Source: Phycisphaerae bacterium
GTDB taxonomy: Bacteria; Planctomycetota; Phycisphaerae; UBA1845; Fen-1342
Assembly: GCA_963675745.2 (NCBI GenBank)
Contig: CAXXWX010000016.1
Location: 192,001 to 256,000, forward strand
Direction: 5' to 3'
Length of the DNA stretch: 64,000 nucleotides
This document shows, piece after piece, positions 8,747-19,577 of this stretch; the stretch's first letter is position 1; the number at the start of each line of letters is the position of its first letter. The notes beneath the pieces were generated by a model. The model did no database searches. It saw nothing but the letters and a program-made list of their open reading frames with translations, and was not told the DNA's origin. A program made the translations under genes and the position numbers.

Positions 8747-9185
8747 CTTCCCTCCGCCCCCTCCGCACGGGGACTTCGCAGGTCTACGGGCCTGTCCGAC
8801 TTCTCGCGTCCGTTCATCATCGGCGTGTGGACTTCCCCACGGCCCGCAGCACCATCAGTTGCGGGCGGACACGAGATCTCCCGGTTCTCGCGCGAGGTGT
8901 TTCCGCACATGCACGGGGTCTCAGACCGCGCGGGGTCCCACCGCATCTCGCGATATCGATGCGTCGGATGTAGCCTTCCGCCTACCTCCACGGCGTCGGC
9001 ACCCCAAAGGGAGTTACTTTCGCGGCTCAGTACCCGGCCTGCACGTACCCCTGTCAACGCTTCGCCCCTGCCCTCGCGGGCAACGACGCATGACTCGGGG
9101 CCGCTGTGGGCCGCTAACCCTTCAACGTATGACTCCTTCATTCACTACACCTCGCCGGTTTATCCCGGCGCACGGAGGAACCAAC

Positions 9186-10055
9186 ATGTGTAGTCAGAGA
9201 ACGCGATGGACGTTGGTGCTGGTAGGGGTGCTGCTCCTCGGCGTGCAGGTTGACAATGTACCAGCCCAGGACTGTCCGGGGACGAACCCCAACCCAACGT
9301 ACGTGCAAACATACACCACGGCGGCGGACTTCAACTCCGAAGCCCCGCCGAATCAACAGCACGACAACTTCTGGATCAATCAGCCTATCCAGAACAACAC
9401 GCTCGGCGTGGAGGGAGAACTCAGGATCGGCTGGGATTCAGACCCTGTGACGCCAAGAGTGTTCCCTTACATTTGGGTGGCGTGCTCCGATCGAGGGACA
9501 GTAGTGCGCATCGCTACCGAACCACATCACTCGCCGGTGCACGGGAACGTGACGAGGGGGCAAATAGTGGGGGAGTATCTCACTGCTCCTGAAGGAGCGC
9601 CGAAGAACCCGTCGCGCACAACAGTCGATTTTGATGGGAGCGTTTGGGTCGGCAACCGGGACGACATCAAGATTGACGGGCTGGACATGGGGCACATCGT
9701 CAAGATCGGTACAGGCCTTGGTCACCAATGGATTGACCGCAATGGTAACGGGATGCTCGATACGTCAACGGGGCTGGGCGACGTTCGGCCCTGGCCGGAT
9801 TGCACGGGCGGTGACTTCACGGCCTCGGATATCGAGTTTGCTGAGGACGAGCTTACCCTGCTCTACCAACCGGTGACGGCCGAAGGGTTGCGCACGGTGG
9901 CGGTGAACCGCGACAAGAGCGTGTGGATCGGAGGGCATGAACGCCGGGCGGGGCCGGTTGGTTGGGGCGGGGGCTTCGAAGTTGTCTGGGGATGCAGGAA
10001 TTACGGGGCGGGGCGAATTCTTGGACCGCTGCTTGACTTGGGTGGCTCGGTCTGA
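9186..10055 (+). pseudogene. Secreted beta-propeller-like protein, probably 3'-truncated near 9940
   Basis: RBS GGAGG directly after the intron 5' end; signal peptide MCSQRTRWTLVLVGVLLLG; IWVACSDRGTV, PSRTTVDFDGSVWVGNR blades; tail after SVWIGGH looks non-coding. Confidence 0.6.
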
Positions 10056-10061
10056 TATGAT
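10033..10061 (+). promoter_or_regulatory. Sigma70-type promoter
   Basis: TTGACT-17 bp-TATGAT with an extended -10 TG. Confidence 0.6.
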
Positions 10062-10468
10062 TCGGGGCGCGGGCAGGATAGCTTTTGTCAACAAAGAGAG
10101 GGGTAGCGCAAGTGTGTCGCAGGAGCGGGTTTACGGCACGGAGGGTGACGCTAGCTGGTGCCGGTCAGCACGGCGATGCGTGGCACGGTCTTGACGGCGA
10201 TGCCTGGGACCGCCTGGCCCTGATCCTCCAACGACACGACGGCGTCTGTGCGTTCGCACCTCAGGCTGCGGTGACTTTTCATCAAAGTGGCGAGATTCTC
10301 GCACGCCAACTTCGGTTTTCCGTGGTTTGTAGAGGGGGAGGGTACACCTGCAAGCGGGCGGGTGCAAAGGCTCTCTCGGGTCGGGCAGACGGCTGCCGCT
10401 TGAAGTCCGGCCCTTGCCCGTCTGGCGACTGAACGACTAGAGGCTCATCAGAAACAGGACAATCAACG

Positions 10469-10916
10469 ATGACAACTCTCAGACACGCATACCTTGCCGG
10501 ATTGGTAGTCACGGTGCTGCTGAGCACTCTCTGCACACCCGCGCTATCCGCCCCCGTCTTGGTCGCAGCAAGCTACGACGGCGTGATCTACGATGTTAAC
10601 CCGCTGACTGGCGAAGCATCCAATCCGCGTCACACTGGCATTGACTACATCTCCGGGATTGCCTTTTCAGCAGACGGAACGCTATATGCACAATCGGGTG
10701 AGTTCGGCAGTCCACCTGCGACTCTGTACACGATAGATCTGCAGACCGGCGCTGCTACACTACAAGGATATGTTGGTAAGACTGCGCGCGACATCGATGT
10801 TGACCCAACGACCAACAAGCTGTACGGCATAATGCCATGGCCTGGAATGTCCTACGCGGAGCTCTATACAATCGACACCGGGTCTGGTGTCCCAACTTCG
10901 ATAGGTGCCGCGCCGG
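10469..10916 (+). pseudogene. Secreted beta-propeller repeat protein truncated by IS256
   Basis: Signal peptide; repeated LYTIDxxTG blades; the last codons of the called ORF lie in the IS256 inverted repeat. Confidence 0.7.
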
Positions 10917-12345
10917 GAGGTATTGTCAAATATCGTTGATGGGCCGGCTTTCAGGCGGCGGCCTTCTCGGGTTTTTCTCCGTCGATGAACTTTGCTCCGG
11001 CGATGACTTCCGGCAGTAGCTTAGCCCCATTCAGCAGTCGCCAGCGTCGGGCGGCCGACTCGCAGAGCTTGAAGACCATCGCCAGGCACGCCACGCGGCT
11101 GCCGTTACCCTTCGTCCGCCGATGACGCAGTCGCACCGTCGCAAACGTACTTTCGATCGGGTTCGTCGTACGCAAGTGCAGCCAGTGCTCGGCCGGGAAG
11201 TCATAGAACGTCAACAACTCGACCCGGTCCTTCTGTAAGCACTCGACCGCGCCTGGGTACTTCGCGCTGTAGGCTGCAGCAAAGTGGTCGAACGCCTGCT
11301 CGGCATCCGCACGCGTCGACGCCATCCAGATCTGGTGCAGCTTCTCCTTCGCCCCGGACTGCACCTTCTTGGCCATCTTGTCCAGCACGTTGGCTGTCTT
11401 GTGCACCCAGCAACGCTGAGCCCGCGTGGTGGGCCACACTTGCGGCAACGCCTTCCAGAAGCCCAGGGCCCCGTCCGCCGTCGCCACCTTTGGGTCGAGC
11501 GTCAAGCCCCGTTGCTTGCAATCCAAGAGCAAGGTGTACCACGATTGCTCACTCTCACGATGCCCGTCGGCCACCGCAATCAGCTCCTTCTTGCCCTCGG
11601 CCGTGGCGCCCATCAAGACCAGAATGCACTGGCGATCCTCCTCCAACCGGACATTGAAGTGGATGCCGTCAGCCCACAGATACACGTACTGTTTGCCTTC
11701 CAGCGTGCGGTGGCTCCAGGACTTGTGCTCGTCCTGCCAGGCCGTCACTAGCCGCGTGATCGTGGTGGCACTCAACCCCGCCACCTGGGGACCGACCAGA
11801 GCCTGCAAGGCCTCGGCGAAGTCGCCCGTGCTCACGCCCTTGAGGTACAACCACGGGATCAGCTCCTCGATGGCCTTCGTCTTCCGCAGGTAGGGAGGCA
11901 GGATCTTCGAGCTGAACCGGGTGATCGGCTGACCTGCCGCGTCGATCGTCTGCCCCTCTTCGTCAATTCCGGCAACGCGTCGGTCCAGCACCCGTGGCTG
12001 CGTGACCGCCACCGGTCCAACTCCAGTGACCAGTCTGCGAGTCGGGTGATGGCCGTTGCGGACCACCTGTCGGCGGCCCTGCTCGTCAGTCAGACTCGCG
12101 TACCGCTCAGTCCAGTCGGCAACCTCCGCCTCAATTGCCTGTCCCAACAGACGTTGTGCCCCGTTCCGTAGGATTTCGGTCAACACATCCCGTCCCGGGA
12201 CTGGAATCGTCGTCGTAGCTTCGCTATTCTCCAACACCGGCGTACTCCTCTGCCCAACGTGGGCGGCTCGGAACCTTCGTTTTCAGATCCCGAGAGTACG
12301 CCGCCTTTTTTCGTCCCGCCATCAACGAAATTCGGTTATACCTCC
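10916..12345 (-). mobile_element. IS256-family insertion sequence
   Basis: Imperfect 27-bp terminal IRs GGAGGTATTGTCAAATATCGTTGATGG / GGAGGTATAACCGAATTTCGTTGATGG; no target duplication visible. Confidence 0.92.
10951..12237 (-). CDS. IS256-family (Mutator) transposase
   Basis: YLKGVSTGDF, YLWADG, ADGALGF, QRCWVHK, RTTNPIES. Confidence 0.95.
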   Translation of the reverse strand: MLENSEATTTIPVPGRDVLTEILRNGAQRLLGQAIEAEVADWTERYASLTDEQGRRQVVRNGHHPTRRLVTGVGPVAVTQPRVLDRRVAGIDEEGQTIDAAGQPITRFSSKILPPYLRKTKAIEELIPWLYLKGVSTGDFAEALQALVGPQVAGLSATTITRLVTAWQDEHKSWSHRTLEGKQYVYLWADGIHFNVRLEEDRQCILVLMGATAEGKKELIAVADGHRESEQSWYTLLLDCKQRGLTLDPKVATADGALGFWKALPQVWPTTRAQRCWVHKTANVLDKMAKKVQSGAKEKLHQIWMASTRADAEQAFDHFAAAYSAKYPGAVECLQKDRVELLTFYDFPAEHWLHLRTTNPIESTFATVRLRHRRTKGNGSRVACLAMVFKLCESAARRWRLLNGAKLLPEVIAGAKFIDGEKPEKAAA

Positions 12346-13706
12346 AGTCAGTTGCGGCCGACCACATGGACTACGCAAGCCCAACACTATTCTGGTTTGC
12401 TCCCTATGACCAGGACTATATAATGGATTATACCGTTACGTATACTGCTGACGTCACCAGCATTGTCACTGCAGTTGGAGGGAATGCAGATTACACCATA
12501 GGAGGAGCGCTTGATAAGGACGTCCCTGATCCAGATCCATCTGTCTATCTATACGCTCTAGGGGAGGGCGTTTCCCTGCTCGTGATCTATGAGAGCACAG
12601 CGGAGCCGGTCAGAGACATTATGGTGTACGTTGGGCTAACCTCAACTATGTCGAGCTACCCCCGCTATCACGCAACAGCAACACTTGGGTTTCCGAGTTT
12701 CTATCCAGGCTGCCAAGCCAAGTTCTTCATGAATGTATTGGACGGCCAGGCCAGCATTCCCGGCGAAGACTTCGTCGATCACTTCGTGGTCAACGGCATC
12801 GTTGTGGACGGGGCGCTTGGCACAATTGATATTGGGCACCCATTTGTTCCGGATGCGTGGCAGGGCACACTCGGTCCGGACAACGTCGAGCCCTGCGGCG
12901 TTTGGAACATGTACGACCATGCCTTCGGAGACGCGGGGCCGTTCATGACCCGAGGGGACACATCTTTGACGTTTGACACTACAGACCCCCAGCTCTATCC
13001 GCCAGCCTCGACGCCGGAGGCGATCGGTCACAGCTTCGCGTGCATCTCGTTCATTAACTGCGATCCTCTGCCCGAGCCGGGCGGGGCCTTTGATCGTAAC
13101 GGCAACTCTCTTCAGGACGCTTGCGATATTTACAACGGGACGAGCGAGGACTGTAACGGCAATTGCATCCCGGATGAATACGACATCGCCGAAGCGACCA
13201 GCGATGACTGTCAATGCCCGCCGAACGGCGTGCCGGATGAATGTGACATTGGGTTTGGCGACGTGGTGCTGGGGGAACCGGCGATCTACACCGTGGGTAA
13301 CCGTCCGACAGGTGTAAACGCGACGGCGCAGACCGCCGATGGTCGAACGGTGACTCTGGACATCGATAGTGACGGAGACGGTGATCTCGTGGCTGTCAAC
13401 TGGAGTGGTACTCCGAAGACGTTGACAATTCTCTGGAACGACGGCAGCGGCGATTTCGACGAGACTCCTTCGACGACGGTGGAGCTGACAGGAACCATCA
13501 GCCCGCACCGGGCGGCCGCGGGTGACTTCGACGGGGACGGTGATTACGACTTGGCCGTGGCGCGCGGAACCAGCAGCTCGGGGCAGGTGGCGATCCTGCT
13601 GAACAACGGGCTGGACCTCTCACCGCCGTACGCGTGGTTAGGCTTGACGCAGGCCGCGGACGTTTCCGTGGGGACCGATCCCAGATCGATCGTGACCGCC
13701 GACCTA

Positions 13707-14802
13707 TTGACCATTGAATAGCTAACGCAACAGACGCTGTTTGGCCGATACTCCTATGTATGAGACCCACAGGTACAGCCGAAGAACTGGAGCGGCGTCG
13801 ACGGAGAGCCATCGCGCTGCTAGACAAGGGCCGAGGCGTCCGGGAGGTGGCGGGCATGGTCGGGGCCTCGCCCGCAGCCGTAACTCGTTGGCGCCAGGCC
13901 TACGAGAAACGAGGGGAGGACGGGCTGTGCGCCAAGCCCCATCCGGGACGTACGCCCAAGCTCTCGTTGAAACAACGCCGCAAGTTGATCCGGTTGCTGA
14001 AGCGAGGCCCGGGCAAGCATGGCTATCACACGGAGTTGTGGACGCTGAAGCGGGTGGCCGAGGTGATCCGCAAGCACTTCGGGGTCCGCTACGACCCCTC
14101 CGGCGTGTGGCACGTCCTGCGGGGGATGGGCTGGAGCTGCCAGAAGCCCGAACGTCGAGCCCGAGAACGCAACGAGAAGGCCATCGAACGTTGGCGGAAG
14201 CAGGACTGGCCACGCATAAAAAAACGCGCGTCGCCGCGGGCGTAGCATTGTTTTTCTCGACGAAAGCGGCTTCATGCTGCAACCGGTGGTCCGCCGCACC
14301 TGGGCTCCCCAAGGCCAAACTCCCATTCATTACAGTTGGGACCGTCGCGATCGGCTCTCGGTTATATCTGCCATCAGTGTGTCCGCCAAACGCCGGCGGC
14401 TCGGACTCTACTTCGACATCCACGATCACAACATCGTCACCGATGATTTTGAGCGTTTCGTGGAAACGCTGCTGCGTCGTCTGCAACGGCGGATCATCCT
14501 GGTCATCGATCGGTGGTCGGTTCACCGTTCGGGGGCTCGACGGCTGCTTCGCCGGTTTCCGCGTCGCGTTCAGCTCGAGTGGCTGCCGGCGTACGCTCCC
14601 GAACTCAACCCCGACGAACAGGTCTGGAAACACACCAAGTATGACGATCTGGCCAACTACATCCCCGATGACATCCGAGCGCTCGGTCGAGCCATCTGCC
14701 GATCGCTTCGTCGGAGCCGAGGTCAACAGCCATTGTTGCGGTCGTTCTTCCCGCACGCAAAGCTCGGATTGTGAGATGTTACATTGTCTGTTCAATGGTC
14801 AA
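13707..14802 (+). mobile_element. IS630-family element, copy 1 (1096 bp)
   Basis: 15-bp IR TTGACCATTGAA(T/C)AG; TA duplication at 13705-13706 and 14803-14804. Confidence 0.96.
13760..14774 (+). CDS. IS630 transposase in two frames (HTH 13760-14245; DDE to 14774)
   Basis: HTH N-terminus; FLDESG, VIDRWSVH, LPAYAPELNPDEQVW; A7 run at 14218-14224 at the frame overlap. Confidence 0.9.
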
Positions 14803-15697
14803 TAGATTCGGACGGTGATCTTGATCTGGCTACGGCCAACAAGGATTCGGGGAACATCTCCGTGCTTTACAACAATGGGTGGGGAACCTTCGCGGAGGTG
14901 ACGAACTCTCCATTCCTCGTGGGGGATTCGCAGTATGATGACGTTTACGGGATTGTGGCCGGCGACCTCGACGGAGACAACCTAGTGGATCTCGCCGCAG
15001 CGAATTGGACGGACAACTTGGCTGGGATCTTCCTCAATGCAAACAACGGCCCGGATGCCAATCTCAGTTTCACACAGGCAGACTCTCATTCCCTGGGGCA
15101 AGACGATCCCGAGCCCGAAAGCCTGGCGCTAGCTGACTTGGACCACGATGGTCATCTGGATATTGTAAGCGCCAACTACGAGAGCGAAACCGTGGGCGTG
15201 TTGCGGAACTTAGGTGGCAGCCCGTGGGCAGGGTTCGATGCGGTGGAGGAGTACATTCTCCCCTATGGCTTGATCCCGGAGTATGAAATAGCTCCCTACT
15301 TCGTGTTCACGCCCGATCTCGACGCCGACGGGCTCCCGGAAATCTGTACCACAGATGCGACGAACCTACGAGTGCACCTTACCCAGTTCGTCAACTTCAC
15401 GCAGCAGGCCGGTCTGGACTTCGCGGCCCCTGAACACACGGAGCTAGGAACCAGCGGGGATTTCGTGCATGCCGCGGTCGGGGACTTGAACGCTGATGGG
15501 ATGGTGGACTTGGCGGTTGCATGCAAGAAGGGCTCGGGAGAGGTCTGGGTGTTGCTGAACCTTACCGAGCCCCCCAACAGCCGAGACTATAATCCGCCAA
15601 ACGGCACCCCGGACGAGTGCGAATGCCCGGAGGTTGCTACGGTGTCCGCGGTGAGCCCGCCCGACGGGGCGATCGACGCGCGCAAGCCACATCCTAA

Positions 15698-17148
15698 TAT
15701 GACAGCGCTATGACGTATTGGCTCGGGCAGCTCGGTGTCTTCGGCTGGCGTAGGATGCTTCATTGCGTTCCTGCCAGTAGGCTATTTGTGCACCCAGGTC
15801 ACGGTAGCGCGAGTTCCATCTGGTAAACCGATCGCGAACGATGAGGTTGACCACCTGTGCCACCTGCTCGAACGTGATCCGCGGATTTTTCCCCCCGAAG
15901 CCGCTGCGTTTGCTCGGCCAGAAAGAGCATCGCCAAGCTGGAACAGAGCCAGTGTCTCATCAAACTACAGTACGTACGCACCTCAAAGGCACCCAACCCC
16001 GCTTCCTGCTTGGCACGCTCGAACCACATCTCGATGTGCCACCGGGCAAACGCCGCCTGCAACATCTCCAGCATCGACGCGCCGCCCGGAGCATTGCTGG
16101 CGAAGTACTTGACCTCTCCCGTCTCCGGTTGACGTGCCACGATCAACCAATACTTACGATCCGTGGGCCGCGATCGGGAGCCGCCGGTGTCCACCAGGTG
16201 GACACGCGCCGCCTTGATCTCCCATACGCACGGACCACGCGTCGTCTCTTTGATTCGTACCTTCCGCCACGGCTGCTCCCGGAACACCGGACTGTAGCGA
16301 CAGACGTTCTCAACTTTCTTGGCCGCGAAAGGGCCCTGGAGCGAATGACACGATGGATAGGTCGGCCAGCACAGGAAGTTGCTCGGCACCTCGCCGATCG
16401 CCCGTTGGCCCAGTTTGTCCAGCGCGAACCAGAACGCCGGAACCTTGCCGAATTCTTCGTCGAAGGTGAGCCACGCAAACCGGATGCCGTTGCCCGACGC
16501 TTCGCTGACCTGATCGAGCGCGATCTGCCAGGAGGGCTGATGGATCACGCTGTCGGGAATGTGGGCCCGCCGGCAACGCTCCCGATCCTTGGACCAACTC
16601 TTAGGAAGGTACAGGTCGCTGGCCAGCATGCACGAAAAGGGGTTGTCCCGGTCGTTGTCGGTATACAGCAAATGCTGGCCGATGACGCAGTTCTCGACCT
16701 TGCCGACCTCGCCACACCATTGACGTTGCACGCCGGGCGTCATCTTACCCTGTTTGCGGTGGCCGCTGGCGTCGACGACACCGACGGCGTGGTCGACGCC
16801 ATGGTGATCGGCCACGTAGTGTTGCATCAGCGTGCGGACGCGGAAGTCGTCCCACGGCAAGTGCGAGAGAAACTCCTGCAGTGTCCGCACGGCCGTGTTG
16901 CAGGCGAGGGCGATGGGCTCGACGCTCTTGCGGTCGAAGTCAGACATCAGCCCGCTAACGTAGTTCGCCAGGTGCTTGAAACTACACACCTTCGGAAAGG
17001 CGGGGCGGACGTTCTCGAGCAGCGCATCCAGCGCCGGCCGCAACGATCGTATCTGATCGGTGTTCATGAGCAGGTCTCCGGATTCAGCTTCCGGATTCCT
17101 TATCGTCAAACCCCTTCGCCAATCTTGAGCCCAAGTAGCGCTGTCATA
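15698..17148 (-). mobile_element. IS701-family element (1451 bp)
   Basis: Perfect 13-bp IR TATGACAGCGCTA; CTAA duplication at 15694-15697 and 17149-17152. Confidence 0.95.
15799..17067 (-). CDS. IS701-family transposase
   Basis: RKSVEPIA, KQGKMTPGVQRQWCGEVGKVENC, FDEEFG, RWHIEMWFERAKQEAGL; likely start MNTDQ at 17067. Confidence 0.93.
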   Translation of the reverse strand: MNTDQIRSLRPALDALLENVRPAFPKVCSFKHLANYVSGLMSDFDRKSVEPIALACNTAVRTLQEFLSHLPWDDFRVRTLMQHYVADHHGVDHAVGVVDASGHRKQGKMTPGVQRQWCGEVGKVENCVIGQHLLYTDNDRDNPFSCMLASDLYLPKSWSKDRERCRRAHIPDSVIHQPSWQIALDQVSEASGNGIRFAWLTFDEEFGKVPAFWFALDKLGQRAIGEVPSNFLCWPTYPSCHSLQGPFAAKKVENVCRYSPVFREQPWRKVRIKETTRGPCVWEIKAARVHLVDTGGSRSRPTDRKYWLIVARQPETGEVKYFASNAPGGASMLEMLQAAFARWHIEMWFERAKQEAGLGAFEVRTYCSLMRHWLCSSLAMLFLAEQTQRLRGEKSADHVRAGGTGGQPHRSRSVYQMELALP

Positions 17149-18042
17149 CTAATGATGCGACGACGCCTCTGTACGGCTTCGGGATGCCGGATGATCCGGG
17201 GACGGGCGCTAAGGACGAGTCCACCTTCTATCCGATCATAGTAGATATTGGGGTGGAGGATGCGGACAGACTGGAATGCTGGGCGATCTGTGAAACGGAC
17301 GGGGGCGCCCCGTTGGAGGAGGGGGCCAACTCCATAGTATCCTGCACGGATCTCGGGCAAGGCCGGTACGAACTGATCCTGGATCACGGTGCCAAGGCCG
17401 GGTATGTTACGACCATCGAGTATCTGGGCGATATCACCGGTACCAGCTATGTAGAGTACATCCACCTGCCGGCCGACGCCGACGGCAGCGGTGACTCCAA
17501 CGGCAACGACATAATCGCGGTGGTTGACTGTTTGAATCATCAGAACTGCGAGAACTATGAGGCGGACATCGACGCCTCGAACGACCAGACCGGCAACGAC
17601 GTCATCGAAGTGGTCGACCTGCTGAACGGGATGGGGGCTTACGATCCGTGGTTCATGGTCGAAGCACCGGAGAACAACGGCAACTGCCCGGCCTGTGTGC
17701 GCGACCTACCGCTCGGCCGCGGAGGCGAAGGCGACGGCGGGCGCGGGATTCAAAGTGCGCCGGAGGTTGAGCAAGAGGAGCAGCCGTTCGGGCCGTGGTT
17801 CGCCGGATATTTGATGGCAGCCGATCCGGCAGATGAGGGCGCGCTGGCGGAGCTTGTCATAACGGTAGAAGCCCTGACCCGCTGGTGCGCTGAGCAGCTC
17901 AGCTCGACCGAGAAGAGAGAGCTAATCACACTGCTGACCGACCCGGAGGCCGAGTTTGCGAGTGAGGCCGTCAGAGCGTTGGTGCCACGAATTGTCGCGG
18001 CGTTGCGGTAGCTGAGGAATCGAGTCAGACGCAGCGCACACG

Positions 18043-18078
18043 AAAAATACCCCCCGGGCGGTGATCCCATCCGGGGGG
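18043..18078 (-). terminator. Intrinsic terminator between convergent genes
   Basis: CCCCCCGG...CCGGGGGG stem followed by TATTTTT on the minus strand. Confidence 0.7.
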
Positions 18079-18143
18079 CATCGCTTGTGTAGAACGGTCT
18101 CCCGACTGCCGGCCGAGCTGGCAAGCGCCGGGATCAGTTGTTC

Positions 18144-18842
18144 CTAGCGCCGGCGGATCAGGGCCAGACCACCCAGGGCCAGCAGCGCCAGGCTCGCCGG
18201 CTCGGGCACACCCGTCACCATCACATTGTCGAGCGCCAGGTCTTCGTCACCCGCATCGAGCTGCCAGATGATGCTGATGTCCAGCGTGCTCCCGGTGCCG
18301 GGAATGGCCTGGGCGAACGGGGCGAAGGTGCTGGTGATGACCGTGCCGTCACCGTCACCATCGAAGTTCGTGTCCAGAGCCGGGGGCGTGTTGAACGTAT
18401 CGTCTGGAATCGACTCGATCCAGAGCAGGTTCTGGTAGCCCCCGCCGTCGATCTGGTACTGAATGTGGACGTAATCGAGCAGATCCCAGTCCTCATTGGT
18501 CCCGTCGTCGTCCTCGGCCAGGTCGATGCCGAACATCAGACCGGTGTAGCCGTCGATATCAATGCCGTTGAAATCCTGGTACAGCGGCAGGGTGGCACCT
18601 TCCCCGTCGAGGTCCATGCCGTTGAAATAGTTCCCGTCGGCGCCTAAGTACTCAACGAAGCTGCCCTTGGAAAGAGGGCCAGCCGTGTTGAACCAGAAAT
18701 CGCCCGAGCCGTCCGAGAACTCCGGAGTCGAGGTGACGTAGGTTACCGTCGTATCCTCGAAGTCCTCCAACAGCAGGGTGGTCTCGCCGAAAGCCGTCGT
18801 GGCCAAGGCCAGCACGACCATCGAAACAAAAGCCTTCTTCAT
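18144..18842 (-). CDS. PEP-CTERM sorting domain protein
   Basis: Signal peptide MKKAFVSMVVLALATTAFG after RBS GGAGGAG; C-terminal VPEPASLALLALGGLALIRRR. Confidence 0.93.
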   Translation of the reverse strand: MKKAFVSMVVLALATTAFGETTLLLEDFEDTTVTYVTSTPEFSDGSGDFWFNTAGPLSKGSFVEYLGADGNYFNGMDLDGEGATLPLYQDFNGIDIDGYTGLMFGIDLAEDDDGTNEDWDLLDYVHIQYQIDGGGYQNLLWIESIPDDTFNTPPALDTNFDGDGDGTVITSTFAPFAQAIPGTGSTLDISIIWQLDAGDEDLALDNVMVTGVPEPASLALLALGGLALIRRR

Positions 18843-19577
18843 GATTACTCTCCTCCAGTTGCCTCTCCAGAACCTCACCTTCCGCGCACGAGGACACCTC
18901 GCACACCTCCGCCCCGTATAGTCTAACGCTGCAGCGGATTGCAAACAAGGGCATACCTGCAGCACCCGAACAAATCCCACACCGAACCACCGTCCACCGC
19001 GTCGCCAGACCAAGAGGGCGGCCGGCGCCTGAATGGTCTGGCCGCTCTGCCGCCTGCTATGCTAGCCTTCGTCTTCCACTTTTCACGTTAAGGTTCAGTT
19101 ATTCTTCAGTCAGAATCGTCAAGAAGACCTGCTCGGGGGCGTCACCCCAGCTCCGAATGATGCGGAGATAAGGACAACAAAGCGGCGATCGGGCAAGCCG
19201 GAGCCTGGTAAACAGCAGATGCAGGAGGAACCAAGGGGCATATACCTGTGAGTTTCTGGCAGGGTACCGGCTGACGCCTGGTGGACGCCAACGGGGCGCC
19301 TGGCGGACGGTATTCTCCAGGATAAGCTCTATCCCGAAAGAAACGGTAAACGGTACCAGCGCCACGGCGTAGGTCGGCGGTCATCTGCGCATACTACCAG
19401 GTGACCGAGGCGTCCTTGCCGTGCGATTAGGAAGCAGCGCTTTGCCCGCAGATCTGGCCGGAACGCCGCATGCGTGGGGCTTTCTCTCAGCGTTTGAAGC
19501 GCGCCGGACCCGCTCAATTCAGTCCGATAAGCCCTAGACCGCTAAGCAAAGTCGCCCCCCCGCCGGACCGATAAGAC

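Larger units (their letters stand above)
6652..9173 (-). mobile_element. Group II intron (non-IIC class), 5' half, disrupted
   Basis: Minus strand begins GTGCGCCGGGATAAACCGGCG at 9173 (GUGYG), followed by domain I-III-like sequence and an RT N-terminus. Confidence 0.8.
12345..18011 (+). pseudogene. Large extracellular FG-GAP-repeat / dockerin-like protein interrupted by IS630 and IS701, 5' end lost at IS256
   Basis: Segments 12345-13706, 14805-15697 and 17153-18011 join in frame after IS removal (ADL-DSDGDLDL and PHPN-DATTPLYG); DCNGNxxPDEC repeats; C-terminal DADGSG..DII dockerin-like motif. Confidence 0.88.

Noticed and set aside
8602..9185. ORF MKESYVEGLA... (8602-9141 minus) and the N-terminal 186 aa of ORF 8628-10055
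   Set aside because: These are translations of intron RNA domains; the real plus-strand gene starts at 9186.
10182..10196. TGGCACGGTCTTGAC as a sigma54 promoter
   Set aside because: It lacks the invariant GC at -12 with correct spacing.
13722..14805. 354- and 357-aa ORFs spanning IS630 (also 32005-33088)
   Set aside because: Alternative-frame and antisense shadows; transposase motifs lie in the two shorter frames.
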